Of a stretch of 64,000 nucleotides of DNA, positions 9,509 to 20,445 are shown piece after piece. The DNA is from Flavobacteriales bacterium UBA4110. GTDB taxonomy: Bacteria > Bacteroidota > Bacteroidia > Flavobacteriales > Weeksellaceae. Numbering within the stretch: the first letter of the stretch is position 1; each line of letters begins with the position of its first letter. Below the pieces are notes generated by a model, which searched no databases, had not been told where the DNA came from, and saw only the letters and a program-made list of their open reading frames with translations. The stretch lies in NCBI GenBank assembly GCA_002383165.1, contig DFXK01000007.1:34403-98402 (forward strand), written 5' to 3'. Position numbers and translations under genes: made by a program.

Positions 9509-10761
9509 CCGATTTCAATTAAATCATTCCACTTTGTTGTATAGCATTTAGATAGTTTTTCTCTACGCATTTTTTCTCTTTTCTTCAAATCCTGGGAAGC
9601 AATTCTTACCACTGGATCCATTTTAGAGATATTTAATTTATCCAATGTTTCCATTAATACTTTATGTTTATCTGATTCATTAAAAAATAAATTCATTTGT
9701 TTATATGGTTCGGGTGTAATTTCGTGGACTACTACACCTGTTTTTTTATATCCGAAACCATCTATGTATATAATATTTAGGGCTTGTTTGGCGTACTTTG
9801 CTATCGTAATGTCTGAGTTTGTAGGGAATGGTAAATTAATTACCACTTTATTTGAATATTGCGGATTATTTTCTTTAAATCTGTTCGTAATTAGAAAGAC
9901 TTCAATTTTACTGCAAAATGATTTTTCTCTGCGAAGTTTCTCGGCACAACGCACTGCAAATGTGCTTACTCTTTCTGCAATATTATTATATTCATATTCA
10001 TCAGAAGCAAAACTCCTTGTTGTAGCAATGGCTTTTTTTCTTTCCTGTACTTCTAAGTCTAAAAAATTAATCCCTAACAATTCTTTTTTTAATCTTAAAC
10101 CGACAATAGAAAATTCCTTTTGAACCGTGTAATCATCTAATTGGGTGAAATCATAAGCCGTTTTTACATTCCACGAAATTAATTTTTTAGAAATCTGTCT
10201 GCCAATACCCCAAACATCTTCAATATTTAACCATTTTAATGCTTTAATACGCTTTTCCTCATTATCAATTACATACACACCGTTACATCTATCAGGAAAT
10301 TTTTTAGCAATTTTGTTTGCAACTTTCGCCAATGCTTTAGTAGGTGCGAAACCAACACAAACAGGAAGCCAAGTGTTTTTTTTTACAGCATTTTTCATTT
10401 TTTGACCATAATCAAAAAGATTAAAATCTTGAAAGCCAACAAATTTTAAGAAAATTTCATCAATTGAATACACTTCAATATCCGGCGTGAAATATGTTAA
10501 CGTTTTCATAACCCTTTTACTCATATCATCATACAATTCATAATTACTTGAAAATACTTTAATGTCATATTTTTCTGTAAATTCTTTTAATTGATATGCG
10601 GGTAAACCCATTTTAATTCCTAAATCTTTAGCTTCATAACTTCTTGCAATAACACAACCATCATTATTTGATAAAACAACAATGGGAACACCTTCCAAAT
10701 GAGGTTGGAATGCACGTTCTGCGGATGCATAAAAATTATTACAATCTACTAATGCAAACAT
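9505..10761 (-). CDS. umuC: Y-family DNA polymerase, UmuC-like
   Basis: 418 aa. [20 protein letters not shown]...[14 protein letters not shown]...SIDEIFL are canonical UmuC/Y-family motifs. Confidence 0.85.
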   Translation of the reverse strand: MFALVDCNNFYASAERAFQPHLEGVPIVVLSNNDGCVIARSYEAKDLGIKMGLPAYQLKEFTEKYDIKVFSSNYELYDDMSKRVMKTLTYFTPDIEVYSIDEIFLKFVGFQDFNLFDYGQKMKNAVKKNTWLPVCVGFAPTKALAKVANKIAKKFPDRCNGVYVIDNEEKRIKALKWLNIEDVWGIGRQISKKLISWNVKTAYDFTQLDDYTVQKEFSIVGLRLKKELLGINFLDLEVQERKKAIATTRSFASDEYEYNNIAERVSTFAVRCAEKLRREKSFCSKIEVFLITNRFKENNPQYSNKVVINLPFPTNSDITIAKYAKQALNIIYIDGFGYKKTGVVVHEITPEPYKQMNLFFNESDKHKVLMETLDKLNISKMDPVVRIASQDLKKREKMRREKLSKCYTTKWNDLIEIG

Positions 10762-10835
10762 TTTTTTGAATTATAAAGCAAATAAATTAAAATAAGTGTA
10801 AATTTATGCAATAAATCCTCAAGCCAAATAATTAA

Positions 10836-11108
10836 ATGGATAATATTTTTACACAAGAAGAAATACGGTTTCTACAAAGGTTAAACAAAGAAAGTGGTTT
10901 TGATTATGCAAAATATAATTGTAATGGATTGGATGTTCGTGACGATGAAGTGATCATTAATATTGTTGATAATGATTTCAAAGGAGATGATTTGAATGAT
11001 GCAGATATTTTAGCAGATTTATTAAAAAAAACTTATGATAAAATTCAATATGGCTATGAGTTGTTTATAGAAAATGAAGGTAACGAAATTAAACTTGTAA
11101 AAATATAG
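10836..11108 (+). CDS. Small acidic hypothetical protein
   Basis: 90 aa, D/E-rich, ending 2 nt before the SRAP gene start. No recognisable motif. Confidence 0.35.
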   Translation: MDNIFTQEEIRFLQRLNKESGFDYAKYNCNGLDVRDDEVIINIVDNDFKGDDLNDADILADLLKKTYDKIQYGYELFIENEGNEIKLVKI

Positions 11109-11110
11109 AT

Positions 11111-11776
11111 ATGTGTTATCGCTTTAGTACATTATATACAGCAAAGGAAGCAGAACAGTATTACAATGCTTATGAAATTGAGGAAGGATATTATACTGTT
11201 GATGAATTAAATGGCTTTAATTATCCTGAAACTGCTATCATAATGGATATTGCACCTACAGAAATAGTTGTGGGTAAATGGGGTTTATTTCCTAGTTGGG
11301 CGAAAGAAGATTTCCAAAAGAAAACCAATACCTTAAATGCTAAGGTAGAAACGATACCTCAATTGGCTTCCTATAAAAATTCAGTTAATAAAAGATGCGT
11401 AATACCGGCAAAACATTTTTACGAATGGCAATGGTTGGATGAAAAAGGAAAAACTAAAAAAAAGTTTAAAATAAAAATAAAAGATCAAGAGTTATTCTCT
11501 TTGGCAGGTATTTATAATTTATGGACTCATCCGACAACAGGAAAGCAACTTAAGACTTACAGTATTGTTACCACTGCTGCAAATGATTTGATGAGTATTA
11601 TACATAACAATAAGAAAAGAATGCCGATTTGTTTAAATAAAGATCTTCATAAATTATGGTTGGACCAAAAACCTTTAGAAATGTTTAGTTATCCTAATTT
11701 AGATCCCGAACTTGTGGCTGTGGAAGCAGAAGAAACATTTGCAGATACTTTGTTTCCAGAAGTGAACTCAAAATAA
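11111..11776 (+). CDS. SOS response-associated peptidase (SRAP/YedK family)
   Basis: 221 aa starting MCYRF (catalytic Cys2), with typical SRAP blocks ...NAKVET... and RCVIPAKHFYEW. Confidence 0.85.
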   Translation: MCYRFSTLYTAKEAEQYYNAYEIEEGYYTVDELNGFNYPETAIIMDIAPTEIVVGKWGLFPSWAKEDFQKKTNTLNAKVETIPQLASYKNSVNKRCVIPAKHFYEWQWLDEKGKTKKKFKIKIKDQELFSLAGIYNLWTHPTTGKQLKTYSIVTTAANDLMSIIHNNKKRMPICLNKDLHKLWLDQKPLEMFSYPNLDPELVAVEAEETFADTLFPEVNSK

Positions 11777-11967
11777 TATTAATGAGTAAATGATTAAAAA
11801 GAAGGAAAAATAATTTTAAGACACTATCCCGTAAAGTGTGTAAGTAGAAAAGTTAGGCTTGGATTTATGATCTGAGCCTTTTTTCAAAAATAAGCATAAA
11901 TTGGTTTAAAACCAATCCCCAATTATGGATTGGCATCGTCCATTTTTTATTCAGTACTTATAAAATA

Positions 11968-12470
11968 ATGGGTGAGGCGATGATTATTATATACTCTTAT
12001 ACAGTCCCTTTTTTTATTAAAATAGTCTTTGAAATTGCCAGGTTGTTTTCAAAGAATATGCAGATTCAAAAAACGGAATTGCAAGGGAAAATTGATAGAA
12101 GCGTTTATAATAAGAGAAAGAGAAGGATTTTCGGATACATCGAAAAAATTAGGGAAACTTTGAGCAACAAATTTTCAGATTTCACCAATGTTTTTATTGT
12201 AGATTCAACCCATATTGAAATATGCAAAATCAGCAGAGCAAACCGTTCTGCAATTTGTTCTACAGAAGATATCAAACCTTTTTTTGGATATTGTGCTTCA
12301 CAGAAAACCAGGTATTTTGGCTTCAAACTTCATACGGTTTGTGACAAAAACTGAATCTTCCATTCGTTTGATTTTACCTCTTCCAGTGTACATGATGTAA
12401 ATTATCTGAAGGATGTGTAAGAAAATTTAAAGAATTGTTTTTTGATAGGCGACAGAGGATATATTATTAA
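11968..12470 (+). pseudogene. IS982-like DDE transposase remnant
   Basis: FIVDSTHIEICK...FGYCASQKTRYFGFKLHTVCDKN*, then in the next frames FDFTSSSVHDVNYLKDV*...LIGDRGY. Stops and truncation are present. Confidence 0.55.
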
Positions 12471-12895
12471 TCTTTGAAAAATGATCTCTTTATGAATTAT
12501 CTAAAAAACCTTTCACAGATTACTTGGTGCTTTCTTAAAATTGTTTTTTAACTTAGTTCTGGCTACGAGTAATAAAAAATTATTCTTTGCTCATTTTATT
12601 AAAATCAGCTCATGGGATATCATTATTCAAAAAAAATTATGTGCAAATTTATCTGGTAATAAATAGCTTATGATCCAACTACTGTTTTTTTTCCATCTTT
12701 TGTTCTGGATCTGTATTGTAACCCATTCTTATACTCAAAACAATTATTTATATTTATTATCAGTAGTTGAGTTATAAAGTTGTGGGCATAGTTTTTGTTT
12801 TTAGGATTAAGATGTAAAAAGATATTTAAAGTCTCTGTCCCATAAAGGGTAATGTTACTAATAATACTTTCATTTAAAATCCTAATCAATATCTT

Positions 12896-15037
12896 ATGAA
12901 AAAAACTGAACATTCTGACGACAAACTGGAGCAGCTGAAAGAGCATACAACTGACAACTCCGGACAATTACTTACAACCAATCAAGGTCTAAAGATCAAT
13001 AACAATCAGGATTCTTTGAAATCAGGAGAACGAGGTCCGAGTCTTCTTGAGGATTTCATTCTAAGGGAAAAGATCACCCATTTCGATCACGAAAGAATCC
13101 CGGAAAGAATAGTCCATGCGAGAGGATCCGGAGCGCACGGGATTTTTAAAGTCAACAAAAGTTTAGCCAAATACACGAAAGCAAAATTCCTTGCACAAGA
13201 AGGAACGGAAACACCTGTGTTTGTTAGGTTTTCTACCGTTGCAGGAAGCGCGGGCAGTACAGATCTAGCCCGAGATGTCAGAGGCTTTGCCATTAAATTT
13301 TATACGGAAGAAGGCAATTATGACCTGGTGGGGAACAACATTCCCGTGTTCTTTATCCAAGATGCTATGAAATTCCCAGACCTGGTCCACGCAGTGAAGC
13401 CAGAGCCTGACAATCAGATTCCGCAGGCCGCATCTGCTCACGATACATTTTGGGATTTCATTTCTTTGATGCCGGAAAGTATGCATATGATCATGTGGGC
13501 AATGAGTGACAGAGCCATACCGAGAAGTTACAGAATGATGGAAGGTTTTGGTGTCCATACCTTCAAGTTCGTCAATGATGCAGGAAAGGTGCACTTCGTG
13601 AAATTCCACTTCAAACCGAAATTAGGCGTTCATTCCGTAGCTTGGGATGAAGCGACAAAGATTTCAGGGAAAGATCCCGATTTTCACAGAAGGGATCTTT
13701 GGGAAGCTATTGAAAACGGTGCCTTTCCAGAGTGGGATTTTGGTGTACAGATCATTCCTGAAGAGGACGAGCATAAATTTGATTTCGACCTATTAGATCC
13801 AACCAAACTTATTCCTGAAGAAGAAGTTCCTGTTGAATTGGTCGGAACTTTAACCCTTAACAGAAATCCGGATAACTTCTTTGCGGAAACTGAGCAGATT
13901 GCTTTCCATCCGGGACATTTGGTTCCAGGTATCGATTTTAGTAATGATCCGCTTTTGCAAGGTCGATTATTTTCTTACACCGATACGCAACTGTCAAGAT
14001 TAGGTTCGCCAAACTTCCACGAAATTCCGATCAACAGATCCATTAATACTGTTCATAATAATCAGCGTGATGGTCATATGCGCCAGCAGATCGTCAAAGG
14101 AAAAGTGAGTTACGAACCGAATTCAATTGGTGGTGGCTGTCCATTCCAGGCGATGATGAAAGATGGCGGTTTTACATCACAAGAAGAAAGAATCGACGGA
14201 AAAAAAATCCGTTCAAGAAGCGAAAGTTTCGTAGATCATTATTCTCAGGCAAAATTATTTTATAACAGCCAGTCGGCTCCGGAAAAAAAGCACCTTCAGA
14301 ATGCTTTGATATTTGAATTATCAAAAGTGACGATTCCTCCAATCCGAGAAAGAGTAGTTGGTCAATTGGCTTTCATTGATAAAGATCTTGCGGCTTTGGT
14401 TGCAAAAAAAGTGGGTGTAGATGTGACTAAACTGAAACAACCCAACGGAAGTATTCCTGCGGATGCAAATCCGAAAACGCTTCAAAGCCCGGAAAAAGAA
14501 CCTTCAACAAAAAGTTCTGATGCATTAAGTATGCAAAATACAGTCAAAGCTTCCATCAAAAGCCGGGTGATTGGTTTCATTATGGAAAATGGTGTGAATG
14601 CAGCTGATGTAAATGCATTAAAATCAAAATTAGAAAGCAAAGGTGCAGTGGTTCAGTTCATTGCAGGAAGTCTTTCGCATGTAACAGCAGACGACGGGAC
14701 GATTTTTACACCGAAACATTCGTTGACAAGTACAGCAAGTGTTTGTTTTGATGCCTTATATATTTGCAGTGGAAAAAAATCTTCTGACAATTTATTAGAT
14801 GAAGAAAATAAACCGGGAACTATTTTATTTGTAAACGAAGCTTATAAACATTGCAAAGCAATCTATTTTGGAAATGAAACGGAAGAAATAGTGAAAGCAA
14901 GTAACGTGGGCAAAAAAAACCATGAAGATCCAGCCATCATCAATTCAGAAAACAAAAAATCTGATGAGGCTTTCATAACAGCTATTGCCAATCACAGAGT
15001 CTGGGAATTGGAAACAGAAAGAAATAATCCGGCATAA
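12896..15037 (+). CDS. katE: Large-subunit catalase (HPII type)
   Basis: 713 aa. RERIPERIVHARGSGAHG, VRFSTVAG and RLFSYTDTQ motifs plus a C-terminal flavodoxin-like extension. Confidence 0.95.
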   Translation: MKKTEHSDDKLEQLKEHTTDNSGQLLTTNQGLKINNNQDSLKSGERGPSLLEDFILREKITHFDHERIPERIVHARGSGAHGIFKVNKSLAKYTKAKFLAQEGTETPVFVRFSTVAGSAGSTDLARDVRGFAIKFYTEEGNYDLVGNNIPVFFIQDAMKFPDLVHAVKPEPDNQIPQAASAHDTFWDFISLMPESMHMIMWAMSDRAIPRSYRMMEGFGVHTFKFVNDAGKVHFVKFHFKPKLGVHSVAWDEATKISGKDPDFHRRDLWEAIENGAFPEWDFGVQIIPEEDEHKFDFDLLDPTKLIPEEEVPVELVGTLTLNRNPDNFFAETEQIAFHPGHLVPGIDFSNDPLLQGRLFSYTDTQLSRLGSPNFHEIPINRSINTVHNNQRDGHMRQQIVKGKVSYEPNSIGGGCPFQAMMKDGGFTSQEERIDGKKIRSRSESFVDHYSQAKLFYNSQSAPEKKHLQNALIFELSKVTIPPIRERVVGQLAFIDKDLAALVAKKVGVDVTKLKQPNGSIPADANPKTLQSPEKEPSTKSSDALSMQNTVKASIKSRVIGFIMENGVNAADVNALKSKLESKGAVVQFIAGSLSHVTADDGTIFTPKHSLTSTASVCFDALYICSGKKSSDNLLDEENKPGTILFVNEAYKHCKAIYFGNETEEIVKASNVGKKNHEDPAIINSENKKSDEAFITAIANHRVWELETERNNPA

Positions 15038-15550
15038 AATTTCTGTGAGATAGAACGCTAGAAAAATAAGTTTGAACTGCTGGCGGATAAGGTGACACAA
15101 TGGTCTGGCAGTTCTTACGCATTTTTCGGAACTTTTCTTTTTAGGTGTTTCCATAATTAAATGTAATTCTTTTTTTGAAAACACTCCTTAACTTTTATAC
15201 TATAGAATGTCTAATTTTTGCTGACGATTTACATTTTTCTTGCTTCCAAAGCTAAACAAAATTAAAATATTTGTAACATGATATTGAAAGCAAATTAGTA
15301 CTTTCATGTGAACTGAAAAGGAACCTATTAACACCAATTACTAGCAAAAATTAATAATACTTTAAAGATTGTAAACAACTTTTGACTTATGTTATAATGT
15401 TCCTTAAAGAATCAAAATATTGTTATTTTCTGAACGAGTACAAATAATACAAAGACCTACTATCATAGTCTAAATGACAGATTGGTACCTTAATGTAATT
15501 TGGACTGATCTAATTTTTTATTGATAATTGGACTAATGGGTTTATTGTAA

Positions 15551-16444
15551 TTAATTTAAATTTTTATATTCAAGTGGTAACAGACCTGTTTTCTGTTTAA
15601 AAAGGCGAGTAAAATGTTGAGGATACTTAAACCCCAGCTCATATGCAATCTCGCTAATCGATTTATTGACACTAAAAACTCTTTCCTTTGCTACATTTAT
15701 TATTTTAAATTGAATATAATCCTGCGCTGTTTTTCCTGTTTCTCTTTTTATTAGGTCACCAAAATAATTCGGTGAAAGATTAAGTTCATCGGCACAGAAT
15801 GAAACGGTAGGAATTCCTTGTTCTTTAGGTTTGTTTGAAGAGAAGTAATCGTTTAAAAGAGCTTCAAACTTTTTCTACAATTCCCATATTTACTGTTTCT
15901 CTGGTAATAAATTGTCGATCGCAGAACCTTGTGCAGTAGTTTAAAAATAGTTCAATAGCCGAAGTAATTACTGTTTTACTATGCTTATCTATAGACTGAT
16001 TAAGCTCATGTTGAATTTGTCCAAAACATTCTAAAATAATTTTTCTTTCTTTTTCCGATAAATGTAATGCTTCATTTGTTTTGTAAGAAAAAAAACTAAA
16101 GGTATCCATATGTTTTCCTAAAGCAGTATTATGAAGAAAGTCTGGGTGGACCAGCAGAGCAGTACCAGAAGGTTGATACATTTCATTCCCTGTGACTTCA
16201 ACAATTTGACCAGGAGCAAAGAAAACTAATGTTCCTTGTTGGTAATCGTAAGTATTGTTGCCATATTTAATGTCACCGCATTTTACTCTTTTAATATGAT
16301 GCAGTAAACATTAAAGATCATTTTATAAGCGTGCCTAGGATCAGCTTTTGATAGATCTGTAATTGTAACTAAGGGATATAATGTTTCGTTATTATTAAAA
16401 TCATTATAGTCCTGAACTGTATTAAAATTAATTACTCGTTCCAT
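15551..16444 (-). pseudogene. AraC-family transcriptional regulator, two frame changes
   Basis: N-terminus MERVINFNTVQDY..., a middle section (ORF 15864-16181), and a C-terminal HTH ...LSPNYFGDLIKRETGKTAQDYIQ...SEIAYELGFKYPQHFTRLFK lie in three frames. The shifts map to short A runs (~16285 and ~15870). Confidence 0.75.
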
Positions 16445-16617
16445 TTTTGTAGTATTTTTATAAAACAAAGTTATATTTTTATGCTTTATCATTCCTTTTT
16501 ATAAATGATAATCCGTAATTACGGTACAAAATACCGTAATATATATACTTATTAGGGTAAGTGTTTGACGATTAGCATTTATTATTGACTTATTTTTACT
16601 TCCAATTTTTTATTTCA

Positions 16618-17754
16618 ATGGAAAATGATTTTGTTTATTTAGATTTTAATGCAACAACTCCTGTAGATCCGAGAGTGATTGATGAGATGAGTCCATATTT
16701 TAATAATTTTTATGCAAATTCAGGGAGCAGTCATTTATTCGGTATTGCTATAAATGAATCGGTTGAAAATGCACGAAAACAAATTGCTGATCTTATCACT
16801 GCAAATATTAAAGAAATTATTTATACTTCAGGAGCAACCGAAGCAGTAAATCTTGCTTTGAAAGGCTTTAACGAAACTAATAAAAAACATATTATTACTG
16901 TAAAAACGGAACACAAAGCTGTTTTGGATACTTGCAGTTTTCTTGAAAATCAAGGTTTCAACATATCTTATCTTGATGTGGACAGAGATGGACATATCAA
17001 TCTTGATGACCTGAAAAATGAGCTGAATGAAAAAACACTGATGGTTTGTGTCATGTATGTCAATAATGAAACTGGAGTTATTCAACCCATCAAAGAAATT
17101 GCTGAAATTACTCATCAGAACGGAAGTTTGTTTTTTTGTGATGCAACGCAGGCGGTTGGGAAAATTCCAATCGATGTTAAAGAATTAGATATTGATTTGA
17201 TGGCTTTTTCAGCACATAAATTTTACGGACCGAAAGGAATTGGGGCACTTTATATTTCTTCAAAACTAAAGAAAGACCTGAATTCGCAAATCCAAGGTGG
17301 CGGGCAACAGTTTAATTTAAGAAGCGGAACTTTGAATGTACCGGGAATTATTGCGTTGGGAAAAGCTGCCGAAATAGCGATAATGGAAATGCAGGAAAAT
17401 GCAATTTATATTGCCCAATTAAGAGATGAGTTAGAAAATACTTTGCTTGATATTCCAGAAGTTTATATCAATGGTGATAAAACTAACAGAATTTTCAATA
17501 CAACGAATATTTGTTTCCAAGGAGTGAATTCTGATCAAATGATTCTCTCTTTGGGTACGGTTTGTGTTTCCAGCGGTTCCGCCTGTAATGCAACGACTTC
17601 CAAACCTTCTCACGTTCTAAAAGCAATGGGTATGAATGATTCAGACGCCCTTTCTTCAATACGATTCAGCTTAGGTAAATTCAATACAAAATCAGATATA
17701 GAAATTGCTGTTGAGAAAATTAAAAAAATCGCTGCAAAATTGCGAGAGTTATAA
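16618..17754 (+). CDS. Cysteine desulfurase (class V aminotransferase, NifS/IscS-like)
   Basis: VYLDFNATTPVDPRV, SAHKFYGPKGIGALY (PLP lysine) and SSGSACN (active Cys). Likely start MENDF at 16618. Confidence 0.85.
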   Translation: MENDFVYLDFNATTPVDPRVIDEMSPYFNNFYANSGSSHLFGIAINESVENARKQIADLITANIKEIIYTSGATEAVNLALKGFNETNKKHIITVKTEHKAVLDTCSFLENQGFNISYLDVDRDGHINLDDLKNELNEKTLMVCVMYVNNETGVIQPIKEIAEITHQNGSLFFCDATQAVGKIPIDVKELDIDLMAFSAHKFYGPKGIGALYISSKLKKDLNSQIQGGGQQFNLRSGTLNVPGIIALGKAAEIAIMEMQENAIYIAQLRDELENTLLDIPEVYINGDKTNRIFNTTNICFQGVNSDQMILSLGTVCVSSGSACNATTSKPSHVLKAMGMNDSDALSSIRFSLGKFNTKSDIEIAVEKIKKIAAKLREL

Positions 17755-17759
17755 CTTAT

Positions 17760-18710
17760 TTAATGTTCATCACCTTTCTTCACAGAAAAAACATGTAAGA
17801 TTTGCGGAAATAACGCCTGAACATATTCTTTCACAGCACCCGCAGAACCTGGCAATGTCAAAATAAGCATATCATCAGAAAACCCTGCAATACCTCTTGA
17901 AAGCATTGATGTTTTTACGCGATCCTGTCCGTAATTTCTGGCGGTTTCCATAATTCCGGGAATTTCTTTTGTTATGAAAGGCAAAACCGCTTCAGGGGTT
18001 ACATCACGGTCAGATAAACCTGTTCCACCAGTGAATATAAGCAAATTACAATTTTTATTTTTAAAAGATTCAATCTTTTCCTGAATTGATAAAATGTCAT
18101 CGGGAACAATGGAATAATCAATAGTATTGAAGCCCTGCTTTTCAAGTACTTCAACCAATATTTTTCCGGATGAATCATCTTTAACGCCTTGAGAAACCGA
18201 ATCGCTACACACCACAACTGCAGCGGTTAAATCAGTTACATCAATACTTTTCTGGTTGCTTTTTCCTCCTTTTTTTTCTAATAAACGGATGTTTGCAATC
18301 TCCACATTTTTATCAATCGGTTTCAGCATATCGTAAATGACGAGTGAAGCAACGGACGCGCCGTGCATTGCCTCGACTTCAACTCCGGTTTTATAAATGG
18401 TATGAACTTCAACTTTGACGTTGATATTGATTTCATCAAAATCATAGGTTATTGTCGCAAATTCCACCGGAAGAGGATGGCAATCAGGAATTACATCACT
18501 GGTTTTCTTGATAGCCAATAAAGCTGAAGCTCTCGCAAATTCAAGAACGTTTCCTTTGGGCACTGTACCGTTTTTTATAGCTTCAATGGTAGAAACTGAA
18601 GATGTTTTAATGGTTGCACCTGCAATCGCCTTACGAAGTGTGAAAGTTTTAAAAGTAATATCTACCATTTCTTTATTGATTGATTTTCCATTGATGTGTT
18701 TCGTCCTCAA
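17760..18710 (-). CDS. moaC: Bifunctional MoaC / MoaB(Mog)-like molybdenum cofactor biosynthesis protein
   Basis: N-terminal half carries the MoaC pattern (MVDITFK...GNVLEFARASALLAIKKTSDVIPDCHPLP). C-terminal half carries the MoaB/Mog pattern (LIFTGGTGLSDRDVTPEA). Confidence 0.85.
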   Translation of the reverse strand: MRTKHINGKSINKEMVDITFKTFTLRKAIAGATIKTSSVSTIEAIKNGTVPKGNVLEFARASALLAIKKTSDVIPDCHPLPVEFATITYDFDEININVKVEVHTIYKTGVEVEAMHGASVASLVIYDMLKPIDKNVEIANIRLLEKKGGKSNQKSIDVTDLTAAVVVCSDSVSQGVKDDSSGKILVEVLEKQGFNTIDYSIVPDDILSIQEKIESFKNKNCNLLIFTGGTGLSDRDVTPEAVLPFITKEIPGIMETARNYGQDRVKTSMLSRGIAGFSDDMLILTLPGSAGAVKEYVQALFPQILHVFSVKKGDEH

Positions 18711-19110
18711 AAATTTCTTTACCCCAAATCGGAAGCTCAGCTTTTATCCTTTCCACCACTTCGTTACAAGCTATAGTAGCGTTTTTTCTATGAGGTGAAG
18801 ATGTGAAAACAAAGAGACAGATTTCTCCTGTATTCACAACTCCAAGACTGTGATAAATATGCATACAAGTGAGTTGATATTTGGTGAAAATATCTTCTCT
18901 TATTGTAGTCATTTGATTTAAAGCCAATTCCTCGTAAGCTGTATATTCTATCGCTTTTACTATTTTATCATCAATTTTATCGGCTCTGATTTGTCCTAAA
19001 AATATCTGATGGGCTCCGATTTCTGTTTTTGCAGAATGATGCGAAATACTTTCCGCGATAAATGTTGGTGAAATTGCACCTTCTAAAAATATATTTTTGA
19101 TTTTACTCAT
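18673..19110 (-). CDS. moaE: Molybdopterin synthase catalytic subunit MoaE
   Basis: 145 aa with a MoaE-type pattern (GAHQIFLGQIR...IAVFV-like core), in the operon between moeB and moaC. Confidence 0.8.
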   Translation of the reverse strand: MSKIKNIFLEGAISPTFIAESISHHSAKTEIGAHQIFLGQIRADKIDDKIVKAIEYTAYEELALNQMTTIREDIFTKYQLTCMHIYHSLGVVNTGEICLFVFTSSPHRKNATIACNEVVERIKAELPIWGKEIFEDETHQWKINQ

Positions 19111-20213
19111 TCTTTAAATTTTTTTAACTTATAGATTCCGCCTTCCAAGCTGCTGATTTGATATTCTGAACCCAAATTTTCCTGTAGTAATTGGGCTCCA
19201 ATCAAGCTTCTTTTTCCTGACTGACAAATCACAATGATATTTTTATGCTGAATTTCCAATATCTTTTCATTTAATTGAGATAAAGGTATCGATAAATAAG
19301 GTAAATCAATTTTTGGAAATTCATGCAATTCCCGAACATCAATAATTAAAGTGTCCGGAATTTTTGCTGACTCTAAAAATTCGGAAGATGAAATAGTTTT
19401 TATATTATGATTGTTAATTCCACAATGTTCTTCATAATTCATCAATTCAAATTCATCAATTATACATGGGAAGTTAGAATTACTTTCAATATCACTCGGA
19501 ATATCATAAATTGCTGTTTGATAATCCAGCAAATCAATGCTCATTAATTTATTGGCTAAAGGTTCTCCGATTCCGGTGATTATTTTAATGGCTTCTGTAG
19601 CTTGCAATGTTCCGATGATTCCGGGCAAAACACCTAAAACACCTGCTTCATTACAATCGGGAACCTCACTAGGTCTCGGTGGTTTCGGAAAAAGATTTCT
19701 GTAGCTTGTTGTAACTCCTTCTTTATTTGAAACATTGAAAACCGCAATCTGACCTTCATATTGATAAATTGCACCAAAAATCAATGTTTTTTTCAAAATT
19801 CTGCAAGCATCATCAATAAGGTAACGCGTTGGAAAATTATCGCTGCAATCTAAAACTAAATCATATTCTGAGATGATTTTTACTGCGTTTTTGGTGGTTA
19901 TTCGTTCTGAAATGATCTTAATGAAAATATCGGGATTCATTACACGGAGTCTTTTAGAAGCAACTTCAGTTTTTAGTTGACCAATATCTTCTGTTGTATA
20001 CAAAACCTGTCGCTGGAGATTGCTTATTGAAACTACATCATGATCCATGATTCCAATATGTCCGACTCCTGAAGCAGTAAGATATTGCAGAACAGGGCAA
20101 CCCAAGCCTCCGGCGCCGATGACTAAAACACGAGCCGAAAGAAGTTTTTGCTGAGCTTCAATCCCGAATCCCCGCAGTTTTATTTGTCTGTCGTATCTGT
20201 TTTTGTCCAACAT
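19107..20213 (-). CDS. moeB: MoeB/ThiF-type adenylyltransferase with C-terminal rhodanese domain
   Basis: RYDRQIKL, VLVIGAGGLGCPVLQYL and a C-terminal rhodanese-like VICQSGKRS. Confidence 0.85.
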   Translation of the reverse strand: MLDKNRYDRQIKLRGFGIEAQQKLLSARVLVIGAGGLGCPVLQYLTASGVGHIGIMDHDVVSISNLQRQVLYTTEDIGQLKTEVASKRLRVMNPDIFIKIISERITTKNAVKIISEYDLVLDCSDNFPTRYLIDDACRILKKTLIFGAIYQYEGQIAVFNVSNKEGVTTSYRNLFPKPPRPSEVPDCNEAGVLGVLPGIIGTLQATEAIKIITGIGEPLANKLMSIDLLDYQTAIYDIPSDIESNSNFPCIIDEFELMNYEEHCGINNHNIKTISSSEFLESAKIPDTLIIDVRELHEFPKIDLPYLSIPLSQLNEKILEIQHKNIIVICQSGKRSLIGAQLLQENLGSEYQISSLEGGIYKLKKFKE

Positions 20214-20214
20214 A

Positions 20215-20445
20215 TTATCCTCCGGAATAAGGCGGCATTAAAGCTACCAAATCATTATTATTAAGTATTGTAATTTCAGAAATTATTTTCTGATTAACAG
20301 CAACTCTCAGTTTTAACTCTTTTATGGATGGAAATTCTTGATAAATTTTATGTAACAATTCATCTGTTGTTTCAGCTTCCAGCTCAAAATTTGAACCCGA
20401 AATTTCTTTCAATTTACCAAAAGTAATCACTTTAATATTTGCCAT
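20215..20445 (-). CDS. moaD: Molybdopterin synthase sulfur carrier MoaD
   Basis: 76 aa ubiquitin-like protein ending in ...PPYSGG. Confidence 0.75.
   Translation of the reverse strand: MANIKVITFGKLKEISGSNFELEAETTDELLHKIYQEFPSIKELKLRVAVNQKIISEITILNNNDLVALMPPYSGG

Noticed and set aside
10762-10835. LexA-like operator upstream of umuC similar to the 40208-40226 palindrome.
   Set aside because: Only loose resemblances were found (TAAAGCAAA, TTATGCAAT) and an imperfect GCAAATAAATT/AATTTATGC inverted repeat. It does not match the TTGCTATAA half-site well enough.
12668-12967. 99-aa minus-strand ORF upstream of and overlapping the katE start.
   Set aside because: AT-rich intergenic translation with low-complexity sequence that overlaps the catalase start. 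No supporting motif.
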